This document shows positions 50,143 through 59,428 of a DNA stretch of 64,000 bases, one piece after another. Location of the stretch: NCBI GenBank assembly GCA_963745075.1, contig CAVUWV010000014.1:64001-128000 (forward strand), in the 5' to 3' direction. Position numbers and translations under genes: made by a program. The first letter of the stretch is position 1, and each line of letters begins with the position of its first letter. Below the pieces are notes generated by a model that had not been told where the DNA came from, made no database searches, and saw only the letters and a program-made list of their open reading frames with translations. This DNA is from Candidatus Hydrogenedentota bacterium (lineage in GTDB: Bacteria > Hydrogenedentota > Hydrogenedentia > Hydrogenedentales > SLHB01).

Positions 50143-50561
50143 AAACCAAAATAGCCACTAGGCATGCCGCCTCACTCGCGGGCTTGCTTGTGTCCGTAAT
50201 TTTGGCCGTTGGGAGTGTGGACGGTTCGTCCAGTTCTTCAAACTATTCCCACCCAAGTAACGTGTCAAACGACTCGGCGAAAGACCAGTGGTTTCAAGGA
50301 GGTTCTCTACACAGCGCTACTGTTGGCGAATGGAAGCGCGCGACATATCAGAACAAATTAGCGACTGCTTCGGACTGGCTCGCCGCCACAAAGTGGAAGG
50401 GACACCTAAACTCGCCCCAGGACTTTGACAAAATCAAGGTTAAGGCTCAGATGCTTGTAAGTGCGGTAGACGAAGTTGTCACGGTGAAGGATACAGACTC
50501 ATTGCAAGTGAACGAGATCGCCGCGGCAATCGTCACTATGAGTAATGATCTTGGACCATGA
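50139..50561 (+). CDS. Hypothetical exported protein
   Basis: ATGA overlap, signal-like N-terminus, WFQGGSLH. Confidence 0.7.
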   Translation: MKTKIATRHAASLAGLLVSVILAVGSVDGSSSSSNYSHPSNVSNDSAKDQWFQGGSLHSATVGEWKRATYQNKLATASDWLAATKWKGHLNSPQDFDKIKVKAQMLVSAVDEVVTVKDTDSLQVNEIAAAIVTMSNDLGP

Positions 50562-50589
50562 GATCAGCTAGGCCACGACAGGTGTTTCC

Positions 50590-51687
50590 ATGATAGAAAT
50601 CAACTGCTCCAATTGTAGCACGCGCCTCGTAATTCCCGATCAGTTTGCTGGGCGGACCGGCAAGTGTAACCATTGCGGGGCCAAGGTGGTGGTCCCCCCA
50701 ATAGCCGTGGTTCGAGAAGACAAGGTTAGTCCGCAGAAGGCAATTTCACGCTACGTGGCTGTTGCCCGTGTGCCGGGTAAGTGGCTGGTCGTTATTGCCG
50801 GAGCGATTTTGGCTTTAGCCATCGTTTTGCTTGTTTCCCGATCACCCGGAGACTCCAGTCAGACAGTCCCGAAACCTACATTTGAACATAGTGAGCCCGT
50901 CAACGTAGAACCCGAGAACGGGCGGACCAAAGTTGTTACTTGTGACACCTTTGAGATTGCGGCTGAACTCCGAGGAGATGAATTGTCGTTTCATCTGGAA
51001 ACGGATCTTCCTGATACTGCCGACATCATGGCTGATGTTAGCCGTGTCTATTTCGAGAAAGGCAAACCCGGAACCGCCTATTCGCGAGAATACTTTAGCC
51101 AGAAAGCAAAGGTCGCCGATTGGCGAACGGAGAACACATGTTCTATCGCGGACAACGTCTTCATGGAATCTCTTCAAGAACAGATGAACAAGATGGCTTC
51201 GATCGGCATGCCTTTTGAAGTAGCGAGCATTTCGGACGAAATCGAAGTTTCCTTTGTCCTGCCAATTAATCAGAGCGATCCGGTTTTTGGCGACAGTAAT
51301 GCCAATCTCCACGGTCGCATGGTTCCTGAATCGGGGCTGAAGAGCATCCGAGTCGAGAAACAGATTCACCGGCCGCTGAACCCGACGAAAGCGGAATTGC
51401 CGCAAGCCAAGATGGCATACCGTGATAAACTTGAAATTGGCTCATCCTACCGACTTTCTGGCGAAACGCCACTCATGCCCGAGTTTGAACCGGCGGATCC
51501 TCTCTCTGCAATCACTCGGATGACTTCGCTGCCGGCTACTTCCACCATAGTTGTTCGGGAGCGGCGGGAGAAGCGTGGAACTCCATGGTACCGAGCCGAG
51601 GCATATGGGCCGGGTGGCAACCGAATTGGCCAGGGGTGGATAAACTCGGGTGCCCTAATCGGCCAGATAATAACGATAGCTGAATAG
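50590..51687 (+). CDS. Zn-ribbon + single TM + extracytoplasmic domain protein
   Basis: CSNC...GKCNHCG, one TM, SH3b-like C-terminus (WYR...QGWI). Confidence 0.75.
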   Translation: MIEINCSNCSTRLVIPDQFAGRTGKCNHCGAKVVVPPIAVVREDKVSPQKAISRYVAVARVPGKWLVVIAGAILALAIVLLVSRSPGDSSQTVPKPTFEHSEPVNVEPENGRTKVVTCDTFEIAAELRGDELSFHLETDLPDTADIMADVSRVYFEKGKPGTAYSREYFSQKAKVADWRTENTCSIADNVFMESLQEQMNKMASIGMPFEVASISDEIEVSFVLPINQSDPVFGDSNANLHGRMVPESGLKSIRVEKQIHRPLNPTKAELPQAKMAYRDKLEIGSSYRLSGETPLMPEFEPADPLSAITRMTSLPATSTIVVRERREKRGTPWYRAEAYGPGGNRIGQGWINSGALIGQIITIAE

Positions 51688-51792
51688 GTAGAGCACTCGA
51701 TATGGCGGCAACGAATCATGGCGAGGGGTCTCGTGGGAGTGACGGTCCCTTCGAGAAGTCCGTTTGTCAGATACGAGTCCAGTTCAGCGCTC

Positions 51793-51861
51793 ATCACCGG
51801 CCTATAGCTGGGTCCGAAGGCCAAGAAGGCTCTCAGAAGACGACGCAGGAGACGACAATGA
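51793..51861 (+). pseudogene. Possible 3' remnant of a BrnT-like toxin gene
   Basis: Degenerate IT(A)Y.LGPKAKKALRRRRRRRQ* whose TGA overlaps the next ATG. Confidence 0.4.
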
Positions 51862-52061
51862 ACGAGAACCGCTATCCAGAAGGATGGGACGAGGAGCGCG
51901 TCCGGCGGGTGTTGGAGCACTACACGGGCCAATCCGACGAAGAAGCCGTGGCGGAGGACGAGGCCGCGTTTGAAGTGCCCGAGCACACCGCCGTTGAGAT
52001 CCCCGTCGAACTACTTCCCGCTGTTCGCGACCTTGTCGCGAAACATGGAAGAGATGTCTAG
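51858..52061 (+). CDS. Small acidic antitoxin-like protein
   Basis: MNENRYPEGWDEERVRRVLEHY..QSDEEAVAEDEAA..EIPVELLPAVR; RBS AGGAG. Confidence 0.65.
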   Translation: MNENRYPEGWDEERVRRVLEHYTGQSDEEAVAEDEAAFEVPEHTAVEIPVELLPAVRDLVAKHGRDV

Positions 52062-52092
52062 CACTTCGCTGCCGAGCGGCCATGCGACGCTA

Positions 52093-52123
52093 AATGTAGC
52101 GCAGGCGTCCCCGCCTGCATCTT
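52093..52123 (+). repeat. GTAG-type REP palindrome
   Basis: AATGTAGCGCAGGCGTCCCCGCCTGCATCTT. Confidence 0.8.
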
Positions 52124-52447
52124 GCTGATATCTTGCGGTTGTCCGATCATCTACCATCGAGTACCATTCACACTTGGATACACCAAAATGCAGATTGGCG
52201 AACTTTTGGAGTGCGGCTGCTTTTGTTGAAACCGTCCCGTTGAGCCGAAGTACTTCGATGGGTCCCAGGGAACGGGGAGGAATCATGTGCGAGGTTTACG
52301 TTTACGCCTACTGCACGTCTTCGTAGCCCCGTGTCGCAAGCAAGGTTGGGTCGCGCGAGTCTTACCCAGGAAAAGCGGCCGCAAGCGGCCGCACTCCAAA
52401 GCAATCCAAACGGAAGCGCATCGCAAATCTATTTGAGGGAAACATCG

Positions 52448-53710
52448 ATGAGAAATTTGCTCCGTCCGCACTCGCATACAATCCAATTGATAGTCTGCGG
52501 CCTCGCTTGTATGTCGTGCGCGTTCGCGCAGGATGCGAGCCTCACGCTGGACCAACTGCGCGCCGCGCGCGAGGAAGCGGCCCACAAGACGCGCCGCATC
52601 ATCATGAACAACGACGGCAACGATGCGCGCACGAAGAATCAGGAGCACACGGTCGAGAACTTCCTCGCGAACCGGACGTCTCCGTTGGTGGGGTCGCAAG
52701 TCGACGCGGTGTTCTATTGTACGGGCGTGTTTAACCTGTACACCCACGCGAGCGAGGAGTCGGAACTGCGCGGTCATGGCGACCGGGAAGCCCTGGATTG
52801 GGCCTGGGAACTTACGAAGCAGGGGACGGATTCGCTGACCGAGATCATCCGATTCTGTCACACGAACGGGATGGAAGCCTTCTGGTCGATGCGGATGAAC
52901 GACACCCACGACTCGGGTGACGACGCGCTGCTGTGCCAATGGAAGCAGGATCATCCTGAGTACCTGATGGGGAAGAAGGGGAACAAGTTTCCCCACGGCG
53001 GCGGACGCTGGTCGGCGGTGAACTACGGCCTGCCCGAAGTGCGCGACAAGGTCTTCCGAATACTCGTGGATGTCTGCGCGCGCTATGACGTGGACGGTAT
53101 CGAGCTGGATTTCTTCCGGCACCCGGTCTACTTCAAACCCCAGATGACCGGCGACCCAGTCACGCAGGAACAGTGCGACCAGATGACCGAGCTGATTCGC
53201 CGCGTGCGCATCATGACTGAGATGATCGGTATGAAACGCGGGCGACCGCTCCTCATTGCCATCCGCGTCCCCGATTCGCTGGGGTATGCCAAGGGGATCG
53301 GGCTCGACTGGGAAGCGTGGTTGAAACAAGACCTCGTCGATAACGTGTCGCTCAGCGGCTACTTCCATCTCGAACCCTGGGAGAACATGGTCGCTATCGG
53401 CAAACAGTACGACGTGCCGGTCTACGCCTGCCTCAGCGGCTCCCGCGTGGTGTCCGCCTCAAACCCCGAGGGAAGCCGTCCCGACCGGCAGGCCGCATGG
53501 GAAGCCGAGGCGCGCGCCGCGTTGGAAGCCGGCGTCAGCGGGATTTACACCTTTAATCTGTTTGATCCCAAGAGTCCACTGTTCCACGAAATGGGGAGCT
53601 TGGACACTCTGCCGAAGTCCGACGGACCCTACAAACAAATCACCGGCGACCCGAAGGTCATAGACCGATGGCTGAAGGGCGGGAGCACATTCCTGAAATT
53701 GCCGGAATAG
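52448..53710 (+). CDS. Secreted GHL10/DUF187-like TIM-barrel glycoside hydrolase
   Basis: IMNNDG, SMRMNDTH, HPEY, YDVDGIELDFFRH. Confidence 0.75.
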   Translation: MRNLLRPHSHTIQLIVCGLACMSCAFAQDASLTLDQLRAAREEAAHKTRRIIMNNDGNDARTKNQEHTVENFLANRTSPLVGSQVDAVFYCTGVFNLYTHASEESELRGHGDREALDWAWELTKQGTDSLTEIIRFCHTNGMEAFWSMRMNDTHDSGDDALLCQWKQDHPEYLMGKKGNKFPHGGGRWSAVNYGLPEVRDKVFRILVDVCARYDVDGIELDFFRHPVYFKPQMTGDPVTQEQCDQMTELIRRVRIMTEMIGMKRGRPLLIAIRVPDSLGYAKGIGLDWEAWLKQDLVDNVSLSGYFHLEPWENMVAIGKQYDVPVYACLSGSRVVSASNPEGSRPDRQAAWEAEARAALEAGVSGIYTFNLFDPKSPLFHEMGSLDTLPKSDGPYKQITGDPKVIDRWLKGGSTFLKLPE

Positions 53711-53749
53711 CGACGGCTCGTTGTGAACCGCCGCGGGTGTCCCGCGCGC

Positions 53750-55237
53750 CTACTTGTCTACCCAGAATGAATAGAGCTTTGCATTGCGCAAGGTGAAGCG
53801 CAGTCGCACGGGGCGCGTTCCGAACTCGCTCAGGTTGCCTTTCTCCCAGCGCACCGCAATTGCGGGGCAATCGCCGGTGACCGGCGCGGAAGTCGCCAGG
53901 ACTTCTCCCGCGACGTCGAGCACCACGACTTGCAGTTCGCCGTCTGTCGCGTCGGCGTTCACGGACAGCCGATTCCCCGGGAATACGAACGGCTTGGTGA
54001 CCAACGTTCCCGGCTCTTGCCCGGCGTCCAGCGAGATGAATCCGTCGCGTCGCAAGACGGCCAGACAGATCGCCCCGGACCGTAGGTCCGCGTCCTCGGG
54101 TTTGGCGCGATACTTGATGCCCGTGTAGTAGAACCAGAGTTCATCTCCATGCACCACGGGTGCGCTTGGCGGGAGGATCTGCACGGTGTCGTAGGCTCCC
54201 TCGCCGACCGGTGATGGTCCGATAAACGCTTGGCGATCCCCGAGCCGCTGCCACGTATGCAGGTCCCGGCTGCAGGCAAGCTCGATCAAATGAAACCCGT
54301 CGGTGTTACCCTCCGGTAACTTGCCCGTGGAATGGTACACTGCCAGCGCCGCCACGTAGAGCCCTTCGTAGCGAAAGAGCCCCACGTTGTAAATGTCTGC
54401 GTTGTAGTCGGCGGGATCGTTGTAGAGAGGATGCTGCAATTTCGGGTCCGCGAAGCGCGCCTGAATGTTCTGTTTGGCACGTTCCTGGTCCTCCGCATCC
54501 GCGTGGAAGATCATTTCCGGTTCCGTCCAATGCTCGAAATCTGTGCTGGTCGATATTCCGTGCGCACGGCCGTACGGGCCGGACTGTTTCAGCGTCGCAA
54601 TGAAGGTGTGTGTCAAAAGGTCGTAGGTCAAATTCGATTCGTCTTGGGACGGAATCTCCGGAACTTCCAGGCGACGCCAGTGGATGCCGTCAGGGCTGAC
54701 GATGGGTTGGCGCCCGTAGCACCCCAGAAATCCCTTATAGCGCCGGTTGGGATCCGGGTCGTCAGTGTCGTACACGGTGTTTTCGATCGCGTTTTCCGGC
54801 CACTGCATGGTGGGATCGAGGGCAACGAAATTGTTTTCACGGGAACCGCGAAACGCGTATTGCCCCAGGTTCGGTTTTGTCCACGCGATCCCGTCCCTGC
54901 TTTCCACGTAGGTGGTGCCCGCCGCTCCCGGGTCCGGGGTGGACGTAATGAGCCACAGCTTGTAGCATTGCTCCGCCTCGTCCCACGCGGGGGCGCTGCG
55001 CGTTTGAAGCGAAGTTTCCCACTCCCGATCTGGCACGATAACCGCGCCCTTCTTTACCGGACAGTGCATGCTTCGCGTGAGGCCTTCGACACGCTCAATG
55101 CAGAAGTCGTCAAGAAACAAGTGCCGCTGTCCCGCGGAGATTTCCAGAGCCGGTTCTTCCGCCGTCGCATGGTGTTCAGGCGTTGGCACTGCCGCAAATC
55201 CGGCGACCGCCAGAATTACCAGGGCGCCTGTGACCAT
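53750..55237 (-). CDS. Secreted GH32/GH43-like five-bladed propeller hydrolase
   Basis: LFLDD, SRDGIAWTKP, SPDGIHW, STDFEHW, DELWFYY, LRRDGF, LYSF. Confidence 0.75.
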   Translation of the reverse strand: MVTGALVILAVAGFAAVPTPEHHATAEEPALEISAGQRHLFLDDFCIERVEGLTRSMHCPVKKGAVIVPDREWETSLQTRSAPAWDEAEQCYKLWLITSTPDPGAAGTTYVESRDGIAWTKPNLGQYAFRGSRENNFVALDPTMQWPENAIENTVYDTDDPDPNRRYKGFLGCYGRQPIVSPDGIHWRRLEVPEIPSQDESNLTYDLLTHTFIATLKQSGPYGRAHGISTSTDFEHWTEPEMIFHADAEDQERAKQNIQARFADPKLQHPLYNDPADYNADIYNVGLFRYEGLYVAALAVYHSTGKLPEGNTDGFHLIELACSRDLHTWQRLGDRQAFIGPSPVGEGAYDTVQILPPSAPVVHGDELWFYYTGIKYRAKPEDADLRSGAICLAVLRRDGFISLDAGQEPGTLVTKPFVFPGNRLSVNADATDGELQVVVLDVAGEVLATSAPVTGDCPAIAVRWEKGNLSEFGTRPVRLRFTLRNAKLYSFWVDK

Positions 55238-55607
55238 GTCGGGTCCCTTTCCGTTGGGTACTTTGTTGGAGTGGCCATCGCTTTCGCGTCGCCACATCTT
55301 ATCATTCCCGCCGTCCGGTCGAGAACGAATCAGACGCCCTGGGTAAGTAAGCGAATTTCGCACGAACGGAAGCAGGTTCACCGCCCGTCACATTCATCGG
55401 CAGGATTCGTGAGGAAATCGTCACATGGAGGGCCACGACCGTCATCGCCCAAAACCCCGTTCGGAAACCCTACCCATCATATCGCGTGATTGCTTTCCAC
55501 GGAGGTTTCTTGTATCTTTGAGTACTAGAGTACTGGCTTTCGGGAAGGTGTCTGCCCGAAAGCGAGAACGATGTGGGCTCAGCTACCCGGGCGTGGGAGA
55601 AACGACT

Positions 55608-55955
55608 ATGGCGACATCGAAAAAGAAGAAGAGCGGCGTGCAGGAATTGCTTAGCATGGCCGGAAGATTCGTTGAGAAGCAACGCGGCAAATGGGAACAC
55701 AAGGATTGGGAAGTCTTCCTGGATCACGTGAACAAGGCGGGCGTGGAACTCACGGACGAAGTCAAGCGGAACCTCGGCAATGTCCTCGAGGCCAGCAAAC
55801 ACTTCTACTCGAAAGTTTCCGTCGTGCCCGACAAACCGAAGGCTAAGCCAAAGACGAAACGCAAGGCAAAAGCCAAGCCCAAGCCCAAGACGAAATCAAA
55901 AGCGAAACCCAAGACGAAAAGCAAGGCCCGTGCAAAGCGGAAGGCGTCGGCTTGA
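55608..55955 (+). CDS. Small protein with histone-H1-like Lys/Ala/Pro tail
   Basis: RBS GGAG, ATG 55608; helical core followed by KPKAKPKTKRKAK repeats. Confidence 0.8.
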   Translation: MATSKKKKSGVQELLSMAGRFVEKQRGKWEHKDWEVFLDHVNKAGVELTDEVKRNLGNVLEASKHFYSKVSVVPDKPKAKPKTKRKAKAKPKPKTKSKAKPKTKSKARAKRKASA

Positions 55956-56003
55956 TACCTTGCAGTCCTTGACGGTGTAGTCCGTCTGATGCGACGACCT
56001 TAG

Positions 56004-56102
56004 ACAAGATAGGTTCCCGCTCTCGCGGAGGTGACGATTCGGGGCGTTTGTTACGCGTTAGTTCTTCTACGTCATTTTCGCGAAAGCGGGAACCTATCTT
56101 GT
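56004..56102. repeat. Inverted REP pair
   Basis: ACAAGATAGGTTCCCGCTCTCGCG ... CGCGAAAGCGGGAACCTATCTTGT. Confidence 0.8.
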
Positions 56103-56147
56103 TCGATCATTGCTTCCGCACGCCGTTTTGAGTGGAAAGGAGTCGTC

Positions 56148-57032
56148 ATGTTCAGACTGGGCATTCTCGGATCGGACAACAGCCACGCCGACCGGTTCAG
56201 CCAACTCGCCAACCTCGAGAACGGGGTCGACGGCAAGAGAATCGACGATGTCCAGGTCACGCACATCTACGGCACGGACCCCGGCCGTACGAAGGAGGTC
56301 GCGGAAAACGGCAACATCCCGAACATCGTATCGCGCGGCCAGGACATGCTTGGTCAGGTCGACGGCGTAATCTGCGTCTGGCGCCATGGGAGCAAACACA
56401 TGTCGGAAACGCTGCCTTTTCTCGAGGCGGGCATTCCCGCCTTTGTGGACAAGCCTCTGGCCGCCAGTGTCGCCGACGCGCGAAACCTCATCGACGCGGC
56501 CGAAAAATCTAGCGTCGGCCTGACATCCTTCTCCACGCTCCGCTTCGCGAAACCCACCATTGAATTCGTTTCGTCACTGCCCAAGGCAATCGGCGCCCCG
56601 GTTTCCGGCATCAGCACTGGCCCCGCCGATCTCAACAGTAAATATGACGGCATCTTCTTCTACGGCATCCACGCCGTCGAACTCATGAACGCGACGTTCG
56701 GCTACGGCTGCGAATCCGTTTCCGCGACGGCCCATGGGGACAACTGCGTCGCGATCTGCACGTTTCCCGGAGGCGTAGTCGTGACCCTCAACCTTCTCGG
56801 CAAGGCCGCGTACGTGTTTCACGTTTCCGCGTTCGGAACCGAGGGGTATCGGGATTTTCTCGTTGACAGTTCGACGGCCTATTACGACGGAATGCAGATA
56901 TTCGTGGAAACCATGCGTACCGGAAAGTGGCCGTTCACCCGCGATCGATTACTGGAACCGGTCAAGATCCTTGCGGCTATCGATCGGTCGCTGGCCGAAA
57001 AGCGCACAATCTTGCTCACTGAAGTTATGTAA
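56148..57032 (+). CDS. Gfo/Idh/MocA oxidoreductase
   Basis: GILGSDNSH, FVDKP, FYGIHAVE. Confidence 0.88.
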   Translation: MFRLGILGSDNSHADRFSQLANLENGVDGKRIDDVQVTHIYGTDPGRTKEVAENGNIPNIVSRGQDMLGQVDGVICVWRHGSKHMSETLPFLEAGIPAFVDKPLAASVADARNLIDAAEKSSVGLTSFSTLRFAKPTIEFVSSLPKAIGAPVSGISTGPADLNSKYDGIFFYGIHAVELMNATFGYGCESVSATAHGDNCVAICTFPGGVVVTLNLLGKAAYVFHVSAFGTEGYRDFLVDSSTAYYDGMQIFVETMRTGKWPFTRDRLLEPVKILAAIDRSLAEKRTILLTEVM

Positions 57033-57085
57033 GAGCACGTAGCAAGAGGGCAGGCAATCTCGGGGGTGGTTTCTTGCCGACGCAA

Positions 57086-59254
57086 TCAGTTCGACTCATT
57101 CGGGGATGGAGAACGCCAGGTTTGGCTCTCTTCCGTCAGATAGGCGTCCAACCGTTTAGACCAGCGGTCCACGATTTCGGGATGCGTAGTCGCAACGTCC
57201 TCCGGCGTTTTTCCCGCAGGCAGCAGCGTGAGATCGTAAAGCGCTGCGTTCGGCGCGCTTGCGGTACCCGTTCCGTCAAAGGGACTCCGTTGTGAAGACC
57301 AATACAGCCGCCACCGGTCGTTGCGCAACGTGAGCACGATCGGATCGCCCGCCATGGAAGTCGGTTCGACCGAAACCGGATTGTCGATCAGGCTGCGGCC
57401 CCCGGCGAAGGAGATTCCCGCCATCGCACCGAGGGTCGGCGCCACCTCTTCCAACGCCGCCAAATCCCGGCGGACCACCGGATCCACACCCGGCGCGGCA
57501 ATCCAAATGGGAATCCGCAAAACCGATTCCGTCAGTTTGGGCGGCGGCGTAAAATCCGCCCCGTGGGTGGCCGTAATGAGAAGGCAGGTGTTGTCGCCTT
57601 GGTCCGTTCCACGGAGTTCCCGGACAAACTCGCCGATCTGCTCGTCCAGGTATCGAAGCCCCGCGTCATAGATTGCGTCCGGAGATGGCGAGGCCTTTCC
57701 GGATGTCTTCAGATCGCCGTACCGCTCCCGGTACGTCATGTCGCGTAATTCCGTGAGCGAGATTACAACCAGGAACCGGGACTGCTGGTTCCGCGCAATC
57801 CATCGTAGCGCACGCTTCAGCGTTGCGGCGGAACCAGCGACCTTCGCCGGCGTATCCTCCGCGTCATCCGCGGCGTCCTCGTCTCCCGGCGAATACGCGA
57901 CATCGTACTGTTCGAACCCGCGCTCAAATCCGCTGCCATAGGCAAAGTCCGGCCGCGCGTCCGCCTCCGTGAACGCAGCCGTTGTGAAGTGGGCGTCGCC
58001 CAACGCTTCGGCGAGCGTGGGGCAATCGGCAGGCAGGGGACCTTGGTGTTTGCCGAGGTATCCGTGGCGAAGGGGACTCGTTCCCGTCAGCAAAGTCATG
58101 ATCGCCGCTGACGGGTCGGGGGCCGGAGTGTACGCGTTCGGAAAGACCACCGCCGTCTGCCCGAGATGATCCAGAAACGGCGTCACGTCTTTCCTATCCC
58201 CAAGCGCGGATACGCGGTCCGTTCCCAACCCGTCGACGACCAGCACAACGTAACTTGAACCGGTCTGCGGATTGTCAGCGGCCAGATGTACGTACGGTCC
58301 GGACACCATGACGCGCCGGCCGTCCGAGATGATGGGCCGGATTCCAAGGACCGACCGCCACTTGGGCTCCTGCTCCTGGTACCACGTCACGATGCACCGC
58401 GTCAGACCGTCCGGAACCTCGTGCGGCGGAACCTGCATCACCGTCCAGCCACTTTCCTCAAAGGGGACCCAGGCACTGTAGTCCTTGTTCTCGTTCCCCT
58501 TCATGGACACCGTTGCAAACACGCCGGGGAGGGGTTCGTCGTCCGACTCCTCGGCCAGCGGCGCCCATCGGACGGTCAGCCCGGCGCCGGATGTTCCCGG
58601 TACCTCAATGTCGATAACGGATCCCTCGGGAAGGGCCCGCGCCATGCTGTATGCGCCGTCGAACTCGTACGCTTCGGCGGTACCCATCGCTTGGGGCTGG
58701 AAGTGTCGCAGGCTGTCCAACCACCATGTGAAGGGGATATACGCGCCCAGGCAAAACAACCCCACCGCCGCAACCCAGAACAAGCTGCCGTATCGCGGCC
58801 CGGTTTCGCTGTGCAGAATGGCATAGAAGGTGAACAGCTTGAGTACCGTATGGAGGCCAACGAAAGCTCCAAGAAACAGCAGCGGTGTAAATTTATCGAG
58901 TGCCGGGTGAGGCCACGCGATGGTCACACCCATCAGCGGCGGCAACAGGACGAGTGCGGCAAGGTGGGACACGCAATCCGCGAGGATCGGCGCGTGCGAA
59001 CGGGTCGGCCAAATCAGCCGTATCACGGTCATAAACAATAGCTGGGTGGCGATATACGTGCTTGCAGCGCCGCAGGCCACGGCGACACCCGCCTGAAATT
59101 CGGGTATGTATCCCGCCTCCGCGAGCAAGGTGCGGAAAAATACCCCCACGATCCCCGCGGACACTCCCAGCGTCAACAAGTATATGGCAAGCACGGTGTT
59201 CCCTGAACGGCGTTTTGGGCCAAGATCTCCTACACGCGGGCCACACGGTACCAC
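57086..59254 (-). CDS. Membrane-anchored sulfatase-fold protein with degenerate active site (start uncertain)
   Basis: About 5 TM helices, then VVDGL..D, FPNAYTPAP, LLTG..P..HG, GFERGF, YDAGLRYLD, ITATHG. Confidence 0.75.
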   Translation of the reverse strand: MVPCGPRVGDLGPKRRSGNTVLAIYLLTLGVSAGIVGVFFRTLLAEAGYIPEFQAGVAVACGAASTYIATQLLFMTVIRLIWPTRSHAPILADCVSHLAALVLLPPLMGVTIAWPHPALDKFTPLLFLGAFVGLHTVLKLFTFYAILHSETGPRYGSLFWVAAVGLFCLGAYIPFTWWLDSLRHFQPQAMGTAEAYEFDGAYSMARALPEGSVIDIEVPGTSGAGLTVRWAPLAEESDDEPLPGVFATVSMKGNENKDYSAWVPFEESGWTVMQVPPHEVPDGLTRCIVTWYQEQEPKWRSVLGIRPIISDGRRVMVSGPYVHLAADNPQTGSSYVVLVVDGLGTDRVSALGDRKDVTPFLDHLGQTAVVFPNAYTPAPDPSAAIMTLLTGTSPLRHGYLGKHQGPLPADCPTLAEALGDAHFTTAAFTEADARPDFAYGSGFERGFEQYDVAYSPGDEDAADDAEDTPAKVAGSAATLKRALRWIARNQQSRFLVVISLTELRDMTYRERYGDLKTSGKASPSPDAIYDAGLRYLDEQIGEFVRELRGTDQGDNTCLLITATHGADFTPPPKLTESVLRIPIWIAAPGVDPVVRRDLAALEEVAPTLGAMAGISFAGGRSLIDNPVSVEPTSMAGDPIVLTLRNDRWRLYWSSQRSPFDGTGTASAPNAALYDLTLLPAGKTPEDVATTHPEIVDRWSKRLDAYLTEESQTWRSPSPNESN

Positions 59255-59428
59255 GGCGGCCCAGGAGCGGCCAAATCAGTTACCCCGGTTTGTTTTGAAA
59301 GTCATGGTCTGGTAGCATTTTGTGTTGCCGATCCTGGAACAAAACCGCGCATTTGTCGCGTTTAATCACAATGGCGTCGCGCCCTCGCATGAGCGGTTGA
59401 CCCTACAACGTGGAGTACCAAGCCAATC

